DNA from: Acidimicrobiales bacterium
Lineage (GTDB): Bacteria > Actinomycetota > Acidimicrobiia > Acidimicrobiales > SZUA-35
Reading direction: 5' to 3'
Length of the DNA: 64,000 nt
NCBI GenBank assembly: GCA_050633745.1
Contig: JBOEHD010000029.1
Location: forward strand, 276 to 64,275
How positions within the stretch are numbered: position 1 is the stretch's first letter; every line of letters begins with the position of its first letter. Below are positions 9,178-18,901 of the stretch, piece by piece. The position numbers and the translations under genes were made by a program. The notes beneath the pieces are model-generated. The model worked only from the letters and a program-made list of their open reading frames with translations, did no database searches and was not told the origin of the DNA.

Positions 9178-10278
9178 ATGCCTGCCGCACCGGTCCCGGC
9201 CAATTTCGATGAGATCTCGGCCGACTGGTTGAGTGCCGCGCTATCGGCTTCAAGCACGGCATCCTCCGATGCTTCCGGTGTTTCCAATGTTTCCAATGTC
9301 TCAGTTAGCGCTGTCGAGGTCGCTCCCCTCGGCCCTTCGGTCGGGCTGCTAGGCGATCTCGCCCGGCTTCACATTTCGTACTGCGGCACACCGGGGCCAA
9401 GCTCGATGATCGTGAAGCTACCGACGAGCGACCCCGGCGGACATCAGGTGGGGTCGATGCTTCGAGCGTGGGCCAGAGAGGTTGCCTTCTACACCGAGGT
9501 GGCTCCGGCGTCGCCCGGAGCTAAAGTCCCGATCTGCTATCACGCCGATGGCGACCCAGCGGCCGAACGATGGGTGGTTCTCCTCGAAGACATCGCCAGC
9601 GACCCGGTCGATGCCAACCTCGGAGCGACACCGGCCCAGGCCGAGGCCGCGGTGGTAGCGCTCAGCGAGTTCCATGCCGCCTGGTGGCAGTCGCCAGACC
9701 GGTTCGGGTGGATGCCGGGTTTCGATGGCGGTGGCGTCGGCGGCCTGCAAGCACCGTGGATCGATGCGCTCCCGATCTTCCTCGACCGCTACGGACATCT
9801 AGTACCAGAACCGGCCGGGGAGTGGATTCAACGGTTCGCCCCAACGCTCGGCCAATGGTCGGACCGGGTAGCTGGCGAACCGCTAACCGTGGTCCATGCC
9901 GACTACCGGATCGACAATCTGCTGTTCAACGATGACGGCGTCACAATGATCGACTGGCAAACCGCGCTCCGCGGACCGGGAGCGATGGACCTCACCAGCT
10001 TCGTCATCACCAGCCTCACCATCGAAGATCGACGGGCCAACGAGGAGCACCTCATCGCCATGTATGTCGACAGTCTCGCCAGTGCTGGCGTCGACGTCGA
10101 CCGCGACTGGTTCCGCCGCAGCTACGACGAGAACCTGCTTTGGTGGATGGGCCAATTCGCCAACAACCTGGCCCGCCTCGAACCGGAAGACCCGGCCATC
10201 CAGCGCAGCCTTGACACGATGATCGAACGCACATACACCGCGGCGGTCGATCGCGATGTCGGGCGTTTACTGGGCTAA
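9178..10278 (+). CDS. Phosphotransferase-fold protein (aminoglycoside/choline-kinase-like, EcKL-like)
   Basis: 366 aa. It carries the Brenner-type catalytic motif HADYRIDNLLF (HxDxxxxN), followed by MIDWQ (the metal-binding Asp). Confidence 0.7.
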   Translation: MPAAPVPANFDEISADWLSAALSASSTASSDASGVSNVSNVSVSAVEVAPLGPSVGLLGDLARLHISYCGTPGPSSMIVKLPTSDPGGHQVGSMLRAWAREVAFYTEVAPASPGAKVPICYHADGDPAAERWVVLLEDIASDPVDANLGATPAQAEAAVVALSEFHAAWWQSPDRFGWMPGFDGGGVGGLQAPWIDALPIFLDRYGHLVPEPAGEWIQRFAPTLGQWSDRVAGEPLTVVHADYRIDNLLFNDDGVTMIDWQTALRGPGAMDLTSFVITSLTIEDRRANEEHLIAMYVDSLASAGVDVDRDWFRRSYDENLLWWMGQFANNLARLEPEDPAIQRSLDTMIERTYTAAVDRDVGRLLG

Positions 10279-10350
10279 ATACCGGCAAAAGCGAGATAAC
10301 CCATGCTGGGTGAAGCTGGGATATCAATCATGTCGCATCTGGTTGTCTAT

Positions 10351-10374
10351 GTTTCCATCGACTGCGTTGGAAAC
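10351..10374. promoter_or_regulatory. Inverted repeat GTTTCCA-N10-TGGAAAC upstream of zwf; an extra half-site GTTTCC lies at 10391-10396
   Basis: The 7-bp arms are perfect (10351-10357 and 10368-10374). The repeat lies 50-73 bp upstream of the zwf start. Confidence 0.3.
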
Positions 10375-10423
10375 AAACTGTTCATCTAGTGTTTCCCCGC
10401 TCGCCGAAGAGTCGTGAAACCCT

Positions 10424-11872
10424 TTGAGGATGACATCACCGAACAATCAAGGCATCTCGTTGGATCCCGGCCCACCGACCACAATTGTCTTGTTCGGCGC
10501 GACTGGCGACCTCGCTCAACGAAAGCTGCTGCCCGGCCTTTTCAGATTGGTCGAGGTTGGGCTCCTGCCCTATGTGCGGATCGTCGGCACATCGCTCGAC
10601 GAACACACGCAGGAGTCGTTCATCGATCTTGTGCGCGACTCCATCGCCAAATTCAAACCGAGCGAAACGAGCGTCGAAAACTTCCTGAAACGTGTGATCT
10701 GGGCCCCTGGCGGTACCGCCGAATCATTGAGCAAAGCCATCAATGAGATCGAGGCCGACCTTGAGGGTCCCCAAAACCGGCTGCACTATCTTTCGGTCCC
10801 ACCAAAGGGAGCCAAGGCGGTGGTGCAGACGTTGCGTGAGGCGGACCTGGTTGAGAACTCCCGGATCGTGATGGAGAAACCGTTCGGCACCGACCTCAGC
10901 AGCGCGAGAGCGCTCAATGCGGAACTGCACGAAGTATTCGACGAGTCACAGATATTTCGTATCGACCACTTTCTTGGAAAAGAGGCGGCACTAAACATCC
11001 TGGCATTCAGGTTTGCCAACGGGCTTTTTGAACCGATTTGGCACCGAAACATGATCGACCACATCCAGATCGATGTACCGGAAAAGCTCGGCCTCGAACA
11101 GCGGGCCGATTTCTACGAGGCGACCGGCGCCTACCGCGACATGGTGGTGACCCACCTGTTCCAAGTCATGGCCTTTACCGCCATGGAAGCGCCAACCTCG
11201 CTGGCCCCGGCGGCCATCACCGAGGAGAAGAACAAGGTCTTCCGTTCGATGCTGCCGATCGAGCGGAACGACGTGGTTCGAGGCCAGTACGCCGGGTACA
11301 CCGACGAGCCCGGAGTCGCCCCAGACTCCGGGACCGAGACGTTCATCGCTATGCGGTGCTTCATCGACAACTGGCGCTGGGCTGGCGTGCCGTTCTATCT
11401 GCGGACCGGTAAGAACATGGCTGAAGGTCAGCGCATCATCTCGATCGCCTTCAAGGAACCGCCGAAGTCGATGTTTCCCGAGGGTTCGGGGATCGGCCAG
11501 CGGGGGCCCGATCATCTCACCTTCGACCTAGCAGATGAGTCGAAGATGTCGCTGTCGTTCTACGGCAAGCGTCCCGGACCGGGCTTTCGGCTCGACAAAC
11601 TATCGATGCAGTTCTCGGTTGAGGACACCGATCGGTCGGGCGATGTGCTCGAGGCCTACGAGCGTTTGATTCTCGACGCGGTTCGAGGCGACCACACCCT
11701 GTTCACCACATCAGCCGGTGTCGAGCGGTTGTGGGAGGTCTCCGAAGACCTGCTGAACAATCCGCCGCCGGTTCGCCCCTATGCTCGGGGCAGCTGGGGT
11801 CCGAACCAAATTCACCAGATGATCGCCCCACACGCTTGGCGATTGCCGTTCGAGCGTGCGTGGCGCCAGTGA
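10424..11872 (+). CDS. zwf: Glucose-6-phosphate 1-dehydrogenase
   Basis: 482 aa. Motifs [20 protein letters not shown] (NADP-binding) and RIDHFLGKE (active site) are diagnostic. The start may be TTG 10424 or ATG 10430. Confidence 0.95.
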   Translation: MRMTSPNNQGISLDPGPPTTIVLFGATGDLAQRKLLPGLFRLVEVGLLPYVRIVGTSLDEHTQESFIDLVRDSIAKFKPSETSVENFLKRVIWAPGGTAESLSKAINEIEADLEGPQNRLHYLSVPPKGAKAVVQTLREADLVENSRIVMEKPFGTDLSSARALNAELHEVFDESQIFRIDHFLGKEAALNILAFRFANGLFEPIWHRNMIDHIQIDVPEKLGLEQRADFYEATGAYRDMVVTHLFQVMAFTAMEAPTSLAPAAITEEKNKVFRSMLPIERNDVVRGQYAGYTDEPGVAPDSGTETFIAMRCFIDNWRWAGVPFYLRTGKNMAEGQRIISIAFKEPPKSMFPEGSGIGQRGPDHLTFDLADESKMSLSFYGKRPGPGFRLDKLSMQFSVEDTDRSGDVLEAYERLILDAVRGDHTLFTTSAGVERLWEVSEDLLNNPPPVRPYARGSWGPNQIHQMIAPHAWRLPFERAWRQ

Positions 11873-11967
11873 CGCCGTAACACAAACACCGGCCACGCCA
11901 CTCCCAGCGACATGATAAGTGTCGCAGGCTATACAACACTGACGCTACGACGACGGAAAGACTCACT

Positions 11968-12984
11968 ATGCAGCTAGCGATGGTCGGACTGGGCAGGATG
12001 GGGGCCAATCTGGTCCGCCGTTCTATGACGGCAGGGATCGATTGTGTCGTCTACGACGTGAACCAGGAGTCGGTGAGCGAACTCGCCGGCGAAGGGGCTG
12101 TTGGAGCGACCTCGATTGAAGACCTGGCGTCAAAGCTTGAGTCGCCCCGCGTGGTTTGGGTGATGGTCCCGGCGGGCCTTACCGGTCAGGTGGTCGACGA
12201 GGTCGCAGGCCAACTCGACGCTGGTGACATCATCATCGACGGCGGAAACAGCTTCTACCGCGACGACATGGACCGGGCCGCCGAGCTAGCCAAGGACGAC
12301 ATCCACTATGTCGATGTTGGAACCAGCGGTGGGGTGTTCGGGCTTGAGCGCGGCTTCTGCTTGATGATCGGCGGCGAGCCCGAGATCGTCGGCCACCTCG
12401 ACCCGATTTTCAAGGCGCTGGCCCCCGGCCTCGACGCCGCCGAGCGATCGGCTGGTCGCACCGGTGAGCCAGCAAGCTCAGAGCAGGGCTACCTGCACTG
12501 CGGCCCGGTCGGCGCAGGCCACTTTGTGAAGATGGTTCACAACGGGATCGAGTACGGCATGATGGCGGCGTACGCCGAGGGCCTGAACTTGTTGAGCCAC
12601 GCTGGTATCGGCAAACACTCTCAAGAACACGACGCCGAAACCACGCCGTTGCGGGATCCGCAGTACTACCAGTTCGACTTCGACATATCCGAGGTGACCG
12701 AGGTGTGGCGGCGGGGCAGCGTTGTGGCCTCATGGTTGCTCGACCTGACCGCTGAGGCGTTGCAGCAAGACCCTGACCTCGATGCGTTTAGCGGCAGGGT
12801 CTCCGATTCTGGCGAGGGCCGCTGGACAGTGGCCGCAGGAATCGATGTCGGTGTTCCCACCCCTGTGCTCTCTTCGGCGCTGTATGAACGCTTCGCCTCA
12901 CGAGGTCAGGACGACTACGCCAACCGAGTGCTTTCGGCTATGCGCAGTCAGTTCGGCGGCCACAACGAAAAGCCTGCCGAGTAG
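11968..12984 (+). CDS. gnd: 6-phosphogluconate dehydrogenase, decarboxylating (short Gnd/YqeC-like form)
   Basis: 338 aa. Motifs MQLAMVGLGRMGANLVRR (Rossmann fold), IIDGGNS, GTSGGV and GAGHFVKMVHNGIEYG match. The gene lies directly downstream of zwf. Confidence 0.9.
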   Translation: MQLAMVGLGRMGANLVRRSMTAGIDCVVYDVNQESVSELAGEGAVGATSIEDLASKLESPRVVWVMVPAGLTGQVVDEVAGQLDAGDIIIDGGNSFYRDDMDRAAELAKDDIHYVDVGTSGGVFGLERGFCLMIGGEPEIVGHLDPIFKALAPGLDAAERSAGRTGEPASSEQGYLHCGPVGAGHFVKMVHNGIEYGMMAAYAEGLNLLSHAGIGKHSQEHDAETTPLRDPQYYQFDFDISEVTEVWRRGSVVASWLLDLTAEALQQDPDLDAFSGRVSDSGEGRWTVAAGIDVGVPTPVLSSALYERFASRGQDDYANRVLSAMRSQFGGHNEKPAE

Positions 12985-12999
12985 CTCGACGGTATATGG

Positions 13000-14496
13000 T
13001 CAGTCGGCTGACCAGACCGTCTCGGGATCGATCGGCCAGCGTGGGCCATCGGCCCGGGGATGGTCAAAGTTCTCTACCCGCAGTGTGGTGAGGCCAGCGC
13101 TATCGGCGGTGATGATATCGGCCGCCAGGTCGCTGAACCCGGCCCGAAAGTGTTGGCTGCTCTTGAGAACCACAAGGTCGTACTCGCTGACGTCGATCCC
13201 GTGCAGCGCAAATACCTCTCGGTCGAAGACCTGCGACCGAGCCGAGCCGACGAGCACATCGAGACCGTTTTGCCCGCCGATCTGCAGCCTGGCCATCGAC
13301 CCGTAGTTGGCCTTGGCTCCAGCCAGCATCGGGCTCGAGTAGATGAACCGGCCGTCGGATGTGGTCTTGACGTAGGCGCTGCATTTGATGGGCTCGCCAT
13401 GGATGTCGTCGTGCTTGCCGCCGAGTGCCACTTCGATGATGGCCCCGGCCCCCGCCTGGTGCGCCTGGTCTGCAACCGCCGGGTCGTAGATAAACCCGAA
13501 ACAGGCCAGCCCCGCAGGGTTGGCTTCGATCAGCGCCCGCAGCACATGGGTGGCGTCGCCAGGCGACCCTCCCCCGCAGTTGTCGGCGGTGTCGTTTATG
13601 ACAACCGGTGCGCTGGCCTGGTCTGCCAATCTGATGGCCTGGTTGATGGCGATCTCCGCACTCAGCGATTCCTGTACAAACTCTTCTCTACGTTCCCAAA
13701 CCTCTGCCGCTATGCGCTGGGCGGTTTGCCGAGCGAGGCCTTGATCGCCGTTGGTCGTCACCACAACCGAGGCTCCGGTGGCCGGAATGTCGGTGAACGG
13801 AAACCCATGGAAGAAGGCGCATCGCAGAACACCGGGTTCGCCCTCAAGGTCGAGACAGCGCTGACGAATGTCCTTGGCCGGAGACACATCGGTGGTCGAC
13901 GTCGGGGTGAGCATGGGCAGGCGTTCGACGTGGGTGGTTGGCTGCCACTCCCCCGAAACCAGACGGGGCACCGCTTCGATCGCCTCGATTCCCCGCTCAA
14001 ACATGTCGACGTGGGGGTAGTCGTAGACCCCCAGCATCAGATCGAAGACCTCGTTCATCTCCTCGGTAATGCTGCCATGCAGGTCGAGCGTGGTGACGAG
14101 CGGGATGTCGGGACCTATGACCAGGCGAATCGCTGCTCCGAGGTCGGCCTCAAGGTCATCGATGTCGACAACAACCCCTGCGCCATGGGTGTCGAGCACC
14201 ACTGCGTCAACCGGTAAGACACCGGCGATCCCTTCGACAAGCTCGGTCTTCATCGAGCGATACGTCTCGGCATCGATAGTGCCGGAAGGCTGCGCTGAGG
14301 CGTGTATGACAGGCACCATCTCATAGCCCTGATCGCGGCAGGCCTTAATCATGCCGCCCAGGTAGGTGCGGGTGTTTTCAGACCGGTAGATCGCCTCGCC
14401 GCGGGCTATGCGGAACGAGTCGAGACCGGTCGGGCCGAACGACTGCGTGGCATAGGTATTGGTCTCGTGGACAATGCCACCGATGGCGATTCGCAT
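13000..14496 (-). CDS. M81-family (MlrC-like) metallopeptidase
   Basis: 498 aa. The N-terminus MRIAIGGIVHETNTY and the overall two-domain layout resemble MlrC/microcystinase-C-like proteins. Confidence 0.7.
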   Translation of the reverse strand: MRIAIGGIVHETNTYATQSFGPTGLDSFRIARGEAIYRSENTRTYLGGMIKACRDQGYEMVPVIHASAQPSGTIDAETYRSMKTELVEGIAGVLPVDAVVLDTHGAGVVVDIDDLEADLGAAIRLVIGPDIPLVTTLDLHGSITEEMNEVFDLMLGVYDYPHVDMFERGIEAIEAVPRLVSGEWQPTTHVERLPMLTPTSTTDVSPAKDIRQRCLDLEGEPGVLRCAFFHGFPFTDIPATGASVVVTTNGDQGLARQTAQRIAAEVWERREEFVQESLSAEIAINQAIRLADQASAPVVINDTADNCGGGSPGDATHVLRALIEANPAGLACFGFIYDPAVADQAHQAGAGAIIEVALGGKHDDIHGEPIKCSAYVKTTSDGRFIYSSPMLAGAKANYGSMARLQIGGQNGLDVLVGSARSQVFDREVFALHGIDVSEYDLVVLKSSQHFRAGFSDLAADIITADSAGLTTLRVENFDHPRADGPRWPIDPETVWSAD

Positions 14497-14520
14497 GCCT
14501 GAAGGCTAATGACGCTTTGC

Positions 14521-16068
14521 TCAGCGGCCACGGGTGCCGGAACGCTCACCCGATGTCTTTGACCCCTCCCCCGAGCCGGTAGATTCTCCGTCCGAGGCAT
14601 CCTTTGGACTCTCGGTTACTGGGGAACCGCTGTTACTCGATGCCTGTCTCAGGCCGGAAAGGGCCATGATCATGCCCAGTATCGCCAGGCACGCGGCCGT
14701 CCGGAAGGTCCATCGCCAGCCTGCGGTGAAGGCCTCCCCTGCTGGTACGGAGTCGGCGATCTCACTCAGCGGAATATCGAATCCGCGGGAAGCCATCACC
14801 CCGACGACGATCGCCGACGCCAGCGCCTGACCGGACACGTTGGCCAAGTTGCGGACCAGGTTGGTGAAGGCACCGATGACCCCGTGACGGCTGCTGGGAA
14901 CCGCACCCATGATGGTGCTGTTATTTGGAACGTTCCACAGCCCTGCTGACAGCCCGGTGACAAATAACATCGGCATGACAAGGGCCAGAGGGGTCGACTT
15001 GGTGAGCGTCGAAAGCGACGAGGCCATAACGACGAACAGCCCAAAGCCAGCGACCGCGAACCGATGAGCGCCGAAGCGGTCGGACAGTCGGCCCGAGATC
15101 TGAGCGGCAAGCCCCATCCCCAGAGCGTTGAGAAACAGCACGCCGCCGGCGGCGGCCGCGGCCATCGAACGCAGGCTGATCAGATAGACCGGAGCCAGGA
15201 ATAGCACCACCGTCGACCCCATGAAGCCGAACAGCCGGGCCAGCACCGCAGTGGAGAACATCCGATTACTGAACAACGACAGCTCCAGCATCGGGTCCGG
15301 GGTGCGACGCTCCCACATCACCCAAACGGCGAACAACACCGCCCCCAGCACCAGACCTCCACCGAGCAGCGGCGATGACCAACTCAACGCCAGCGGATTG
15401 TTGATGGTCAGTACAAGCACGATCACCATCACCGCCGACAGCACCGCGCCACCCCAGTCGAACCCGACCGAGCGCCTGGCGTTGACCGGGCTGACCCGCT
15501 CCTCGTCGAGCTCGATGAACCCGACGACGATGGCTATCGAGATCGGAATCAGCAGCAGCAAGAACATCGCCTGCCAGGGGAAGACCTGGAGAATGAGACC
15601 ACCGATGATCGGGCCGGAGGCCGCGCCAATCGCCACCGCGGTGGTCTGGCTTCCGATCGCCTTGCCACGTTCGGTCTCCGGGAAGGTGGCGACGATCATG
15701 GCCGTGCCGACCGATTGACCCATGGCGCTGCCGATCGACATCAGAACTCGAGCGGCGATCAGCAAGCCGAAGGTCGGGGCGAACGCCACCGCTGCGGACC
15801 CGACACCGAACAGGGTCATGCCAAGCAGATGGATACGCCGTCGGCCAACCATGTCGGCGACCCGCCCCATCGGCAGCATAAGAGAGCTGATGGTCAACGA
15901 TTGGGCGATGACGACCCACGCCACCGACCGGAGAGTCACATCGAATTCTTCGGCGATCGACGGCAGCGCCACGAAAACCATGCTCATGGCCATGACATTG
16001 GTTACGAAGGCCACCCCGATGGCGGCGAATGCCTGCCACTTACGGTCATACCGCGATGCTTGATCCAA
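14521..16068 (-). CDS. MFS transporter, DHA2 (EmrB/QacA-like, about 14 TM)
   Basis: 515 aa with many hydrophobic spans. The motif MGRVADMVGRRR (MFS motif A) is present, and the C-terminal tail is hydrophilic. Confidence 0.85.
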   Translation of the reverse strand: MDQASRYDRKWQAFAAIGVAFVTNVMAMSMVFVALPSIAEEFDVTLRSVAWVVIAQSLTISSLMLPMGRVADMVGRRRIHLLGMTLFGVGSAAVAFAPTFGLLIAARVLMSIGSAMGQSVGTAMIVATFPETERGKAIGSQTTAVAIGAASGPIIGGLILQVFPWQAMFLLLLIPISIAIVVGFIELDEERVSPVNARRSVGFDWGGAVLSAVMVIVLVLTINNPLALSWSSPLLGGGLVLGAVLFAVWVMWERRTPDPMLELSLFSNRMFSTAVLARLFGFMGSTVVLFLAPVYLISLRSMAAAAAGGVLFLNALGMGLAAQISGRLSDRFGAHRFAVAGFGLFVVMASSLSTLTKSTPLALVMPMLFVTGLSAGLWNVPNNSTIMGAVPSSRHGVIGAFTNLVRNLANVSGQALASAIVVGVMASRGFDIPLSEIADSVPAGEAFTAGWRWTFRTAACLAILGMIMALSGLRQASSNSGSPVTESPKDASDGESTGSGEGSKTSGERSGTRGR

Positions 16069-16250
16069 TGTGATCTACCTATTGTTCACGTACGGCGATC
16101 TAAATGCACAAAGGGCTCGATCGAATACGGCGACGACGTCGAGTAGGAGTCACCCCGGGCGGCCCGTAGAGCCGATCGCGGAACCCGACGTAGCAGTGAG
16201 ACAAGACCGGCGTGTGTTACTGTCTCGCTGGTTTAGACACAAGAGTACGA

Positions 16251-17438
16251 ATGACCACACCACTTAAACATCCTGGAAATCGGCTGCTCGGCCTATTTGC
16301 GCACCCCGATGACGAATTGTTCTGTGTCGGAGGTACTTTTGCCACCGCCGCTCGACGGGGTGCGACCACCGGCGTGTTGACGTTGACCCAAGGTGAGGCC
16401 GGCCAGATCCGCCATGCCGCCCTGGCGACCCGACGAACCTTGGGAGCGGTTCGCGCTGGGGAACTACATGCTGCCTGCGCTGAACTTGGCGTAACCAGCA
16501 GCGAATGCCTCGATTTTGGCGACGGCCAACTTCTCGACCTCGACCCGCAGATCTTGGCCGCCGCCACGGTCCGGGCCATACGAGACTTCAAGCCAGACAC
16601 TCTCTACTCTTTCGATCGCACCGGGGCGTACGGTCACAGCGACCATATTGTCGTGTCGCGGGTTAGTGTCTTGGCTGCCCGTGCCGCCGCCGATCCTAAC
16701 TACCTTCCAGAGCTCGGGCCGGCCCATGATTGCCAACGACTGCTACACGCAACGTTCCCCCGCAACGAACGTCTGCTTCTGCATCTGCTTGTCGAGTGGC
16801 TGGTCAAGCTACCCGACCGCTTTGTAGGGTCGCCTGAGTTTGTCGCCGCACTTTTGATGTTTGCCGACGGTTCATCGATGCTGGGCTACGCCGCCGATCG
16901 ACTTCGAGTCAAGTGGTTTCCGGCCGGGGCATACATCATCGAACAGGATGCCGAAGACCGAAATCTGTACCTGGTCTTGAGCGGTGAGGTAGAGATTATT
17001 AGCGAACAGAGCGACGGGACGCTCAGCCAACTGGCAAGGGTTGGTGCTGGCCAGTTCATCGGCGAGACAGCTATCGCCGAAGACGGTCGTCGCAATGCTC
17101 ACTGCATCGCCGCTACAGACACCACCTGTTTTGTGCTTTCCCCTCACGATGCTGACGATGGCTACCGCGCCGACCCGCAGGAACCGACACCTGCCCTGGC
17201 ACCTGTCATTGCGGTGGGGGCAGAAGCAGGGCGACCTTTGACCGAAGATGACCTCGAACCGAAAGACGAAGACAATCTTGTGGTCAGCGATGTGCGGTCC
17301 GTTGTGCCGGACAAGGTGAGAGCCCTTGCAGCCCACAGCACGCAGTACGCTGTGGCACCTGGGCTATTCCCTGACTCGATGATGACGGCGTTACTCGGCA
17401 CCGAGTACTTCGCCGAAGTCGACTACAAGCAAGGGTGA
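16251..17438 (+). CDS. PIG-L/LmbE-family deacetylase with a cyclic-nucleotide-binding domain inserted in the fold
   Basis: PIG-L motifs AHPDDE and GHSDH occur in the N-terminal half. A cNMP-binding-like segment (FPAGAYIIEQDAEDRNLYLVLSGEVEII...GQFIGETAI...ATDTTCFVL) spans about 16890-17150. The PIG-L C-terminal block VRALAAHSTQY follows it. I chose ATG 16251, preceded by AAGAG; the ORF itself opens at 16212. Confidence 0.7.
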   Translation: MTTPLKHPGNRLLGLFAHPDDELFCVGGTFATAARRGATTGVLTLTQGEAGQIRHAALATRRTLGAVRAGELHAACAELGVTSSECLDFGDGQLLDLDPQILAAATVRAIRDFKPDTLYSFDRTGAYGHSDHIVVSRVSVLAARAAADPNYLPELGPAHDCQRLLHATFPRNERLLLHLLVEWLVKLPDRFVGSPEFVAALLMFADGSSMLGYAADRLRVKWFPAGAYIIEQDAEDRNLYLVLSGEVEIISEQSDGTLSQLARVGAGQFIGETAIAEDGRRNAHCIAATDTTCFVLSPHDADDGYRADPQEPTPALAPVIAVGAEAGRPLTEDDLEPKDEDNLVVSDVRSVVPDKVRALAAHSTQYAVAPGLFPDSMMTALLGTEYFAEVDYKQG

Positions 17439-17443
17439 GTTGA

Positions 17444-18901
17444 GTGGGAGATCGTACGTACGAGGAATTTCTGGCGCTGAATCCGTCCTGGACAGAGACA
17501 ACGGCACTCGATGAGTTACGGGCCAGCGAGTACGCCCGTCTCGATGAGCAGGATCACGTCTACCTCGATTACACCGGCGGCGGTCTCTACGGCGAGAGCC
17601 AGGTCCGCAACCACTGCGAGTTCATGGCCAAGGGGGTCTACGGCAATCCCCATTCCGGCAACCCGGCATCGATGCTGATGACCGAGCACGTCGAACGAAC
17701 CCGAGCCGCGGTTCTCGACTACTTCAACGCATCGCCAGATGAGTACACGGTGATCTTCACCCCGAACGCCAGCGGCGCCCTCCGCCTTGTCGGTGAGGCC
17801 TACCCGTTCCGAGGCAGCGGCCATTTCGCCCTCACCGCCGACAATCACAATTCGGTCAACGGGATTCGCGAATTTGCGGCCCATAAGCACACCCCGATCA
17901 CATACCTCCCGATCGAACCGGACGAGCTTCGTCTCGATATGGGGGCGTTCGACGCCTGCATCAATGATCAATCGGCCGAGGGCGACAAGTTGCTGGCCTT
18001 TCCGGCGCAGTCAAACTACTCGGGGGTCAAGCACCCGCTGTCACTGGTTGACCGGGCCCAGGCGCAGGGATGGGATGTGCTGGTCGACTGTGCGGCCTTT
18101 GCCCCATCGTCGCGGGTCGACTTCGCCGAGTTCTCACCGGACTACGCCTGCTTCTCGTTCTACAAGATCTTCGGTTACCCCACCGGCATCGGCTGCCTAA
18201 TCGCCAAACACGACAAGCTACACAAGCTGGTTCGCCCGTGGTTCGCCGGCGGAACCATCCAGGTGGCATCGGTGATGGCCCGCTCCCATTTTATGGCCAA
18301 CGGCGAAGCGGCCTTCGAAGACGGCACCATCAACTATCTGAACCTCCCAGCCATCGCCTCCGGGCTGGAGCTGATCTCGTCGGTCGGGATCGACACCATC
18401 TCCAAGCGGGTTATGTGCCTGACCTCGTGGATTCTGAAGCAGCTCACCGAGGCCGTACATTCGAACGGCCAACCGATGGTGCACATTCACGGGCCGACCA
18501 CAACCGTGGACCGGGGCGGCACCGTTACCTGCACCATTGTCGACCCCAGCGGCGAGCCGTACTCCGGTGCCCGCATCGAAGAGTTGGCGGCCGAGGCGAA
18601 CATCTCGATACGGACCGGTTGTTTCTGCAATCCAGGCGCCGGAGAGGCGGCATTCAAGCTGCAACGGGAAGTGCTCGACCAGTGGTTCCAACGTCCAGCC
18701 AATATCGGCTTCCAGGAGTTGGTGAGCGAGGTGCGAGCCAAAACCGGCATCGAACTCAGCGCGCTGCGCATCTCCGTCGGGCTGGTGAGCAACTACGCCG
18801 ATATGGAACGGCTGATGGACTTCGTCGACGGTCTTCGTGATCGCACCGTGGAGTCACTCGGCTCGGCCGACGCCGAAGCCCACATACGGGATACGGCCTA
18901 G
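17444..18901 (+). CDS. Class V PLP-dependent enzyme resembling the NifS-like domain of molybdenum cofactor sulfurase (no MOSC domain)
   Basis: 485 aa. Motifs SFYKIFGYPTGIGCLIAK (PLP-Lys region) and IRTGCFCNPGAGE are characteristic of MOCOS/ABA3-type N-terminal domains as I recall them. GTG start. Confidence 0.65.
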   Translation: MGDRTYEEFLALNPSWTETTALDELRASEYARLDEQDHVYLDYTGGGLYGESQVRNHCEFMAKGVYGNPHSGNPASMLMTEHVERTRAAVLDYFNASPDEYTVIFTPNASGALRLVGEAYPFRGSGHFALTADNHNSVNGIREFAAHKHTPITYLPIEPDELRLDMGAFDACINDQSAEGDKLLAFPAQSNYSGVKHPLSLVDRAQAQGWDVLVDCAAFAPSSRVDFAEFSPDYACFSFYKIFGYPTGIGCLIAKHDKLHKLVRPWFAGGTIQVASVMARSHFMANGEAAFEDGTINYLNLPAIASGLELISSVGIDTISKRVMCLTSWILKQLTEAVHSNGQPMVHIHGPTTTVDRGGTVTCTIVDPSGEPYSGARIEELAAEANISIRTGCFCNPGAGEAAFKLQREVLDQWFQRPANIGFQELVSEVRAKTGIELSALRISVGLVSNYADMERLMDFVDGLRDRTVESLGSADAEAHIRDTA

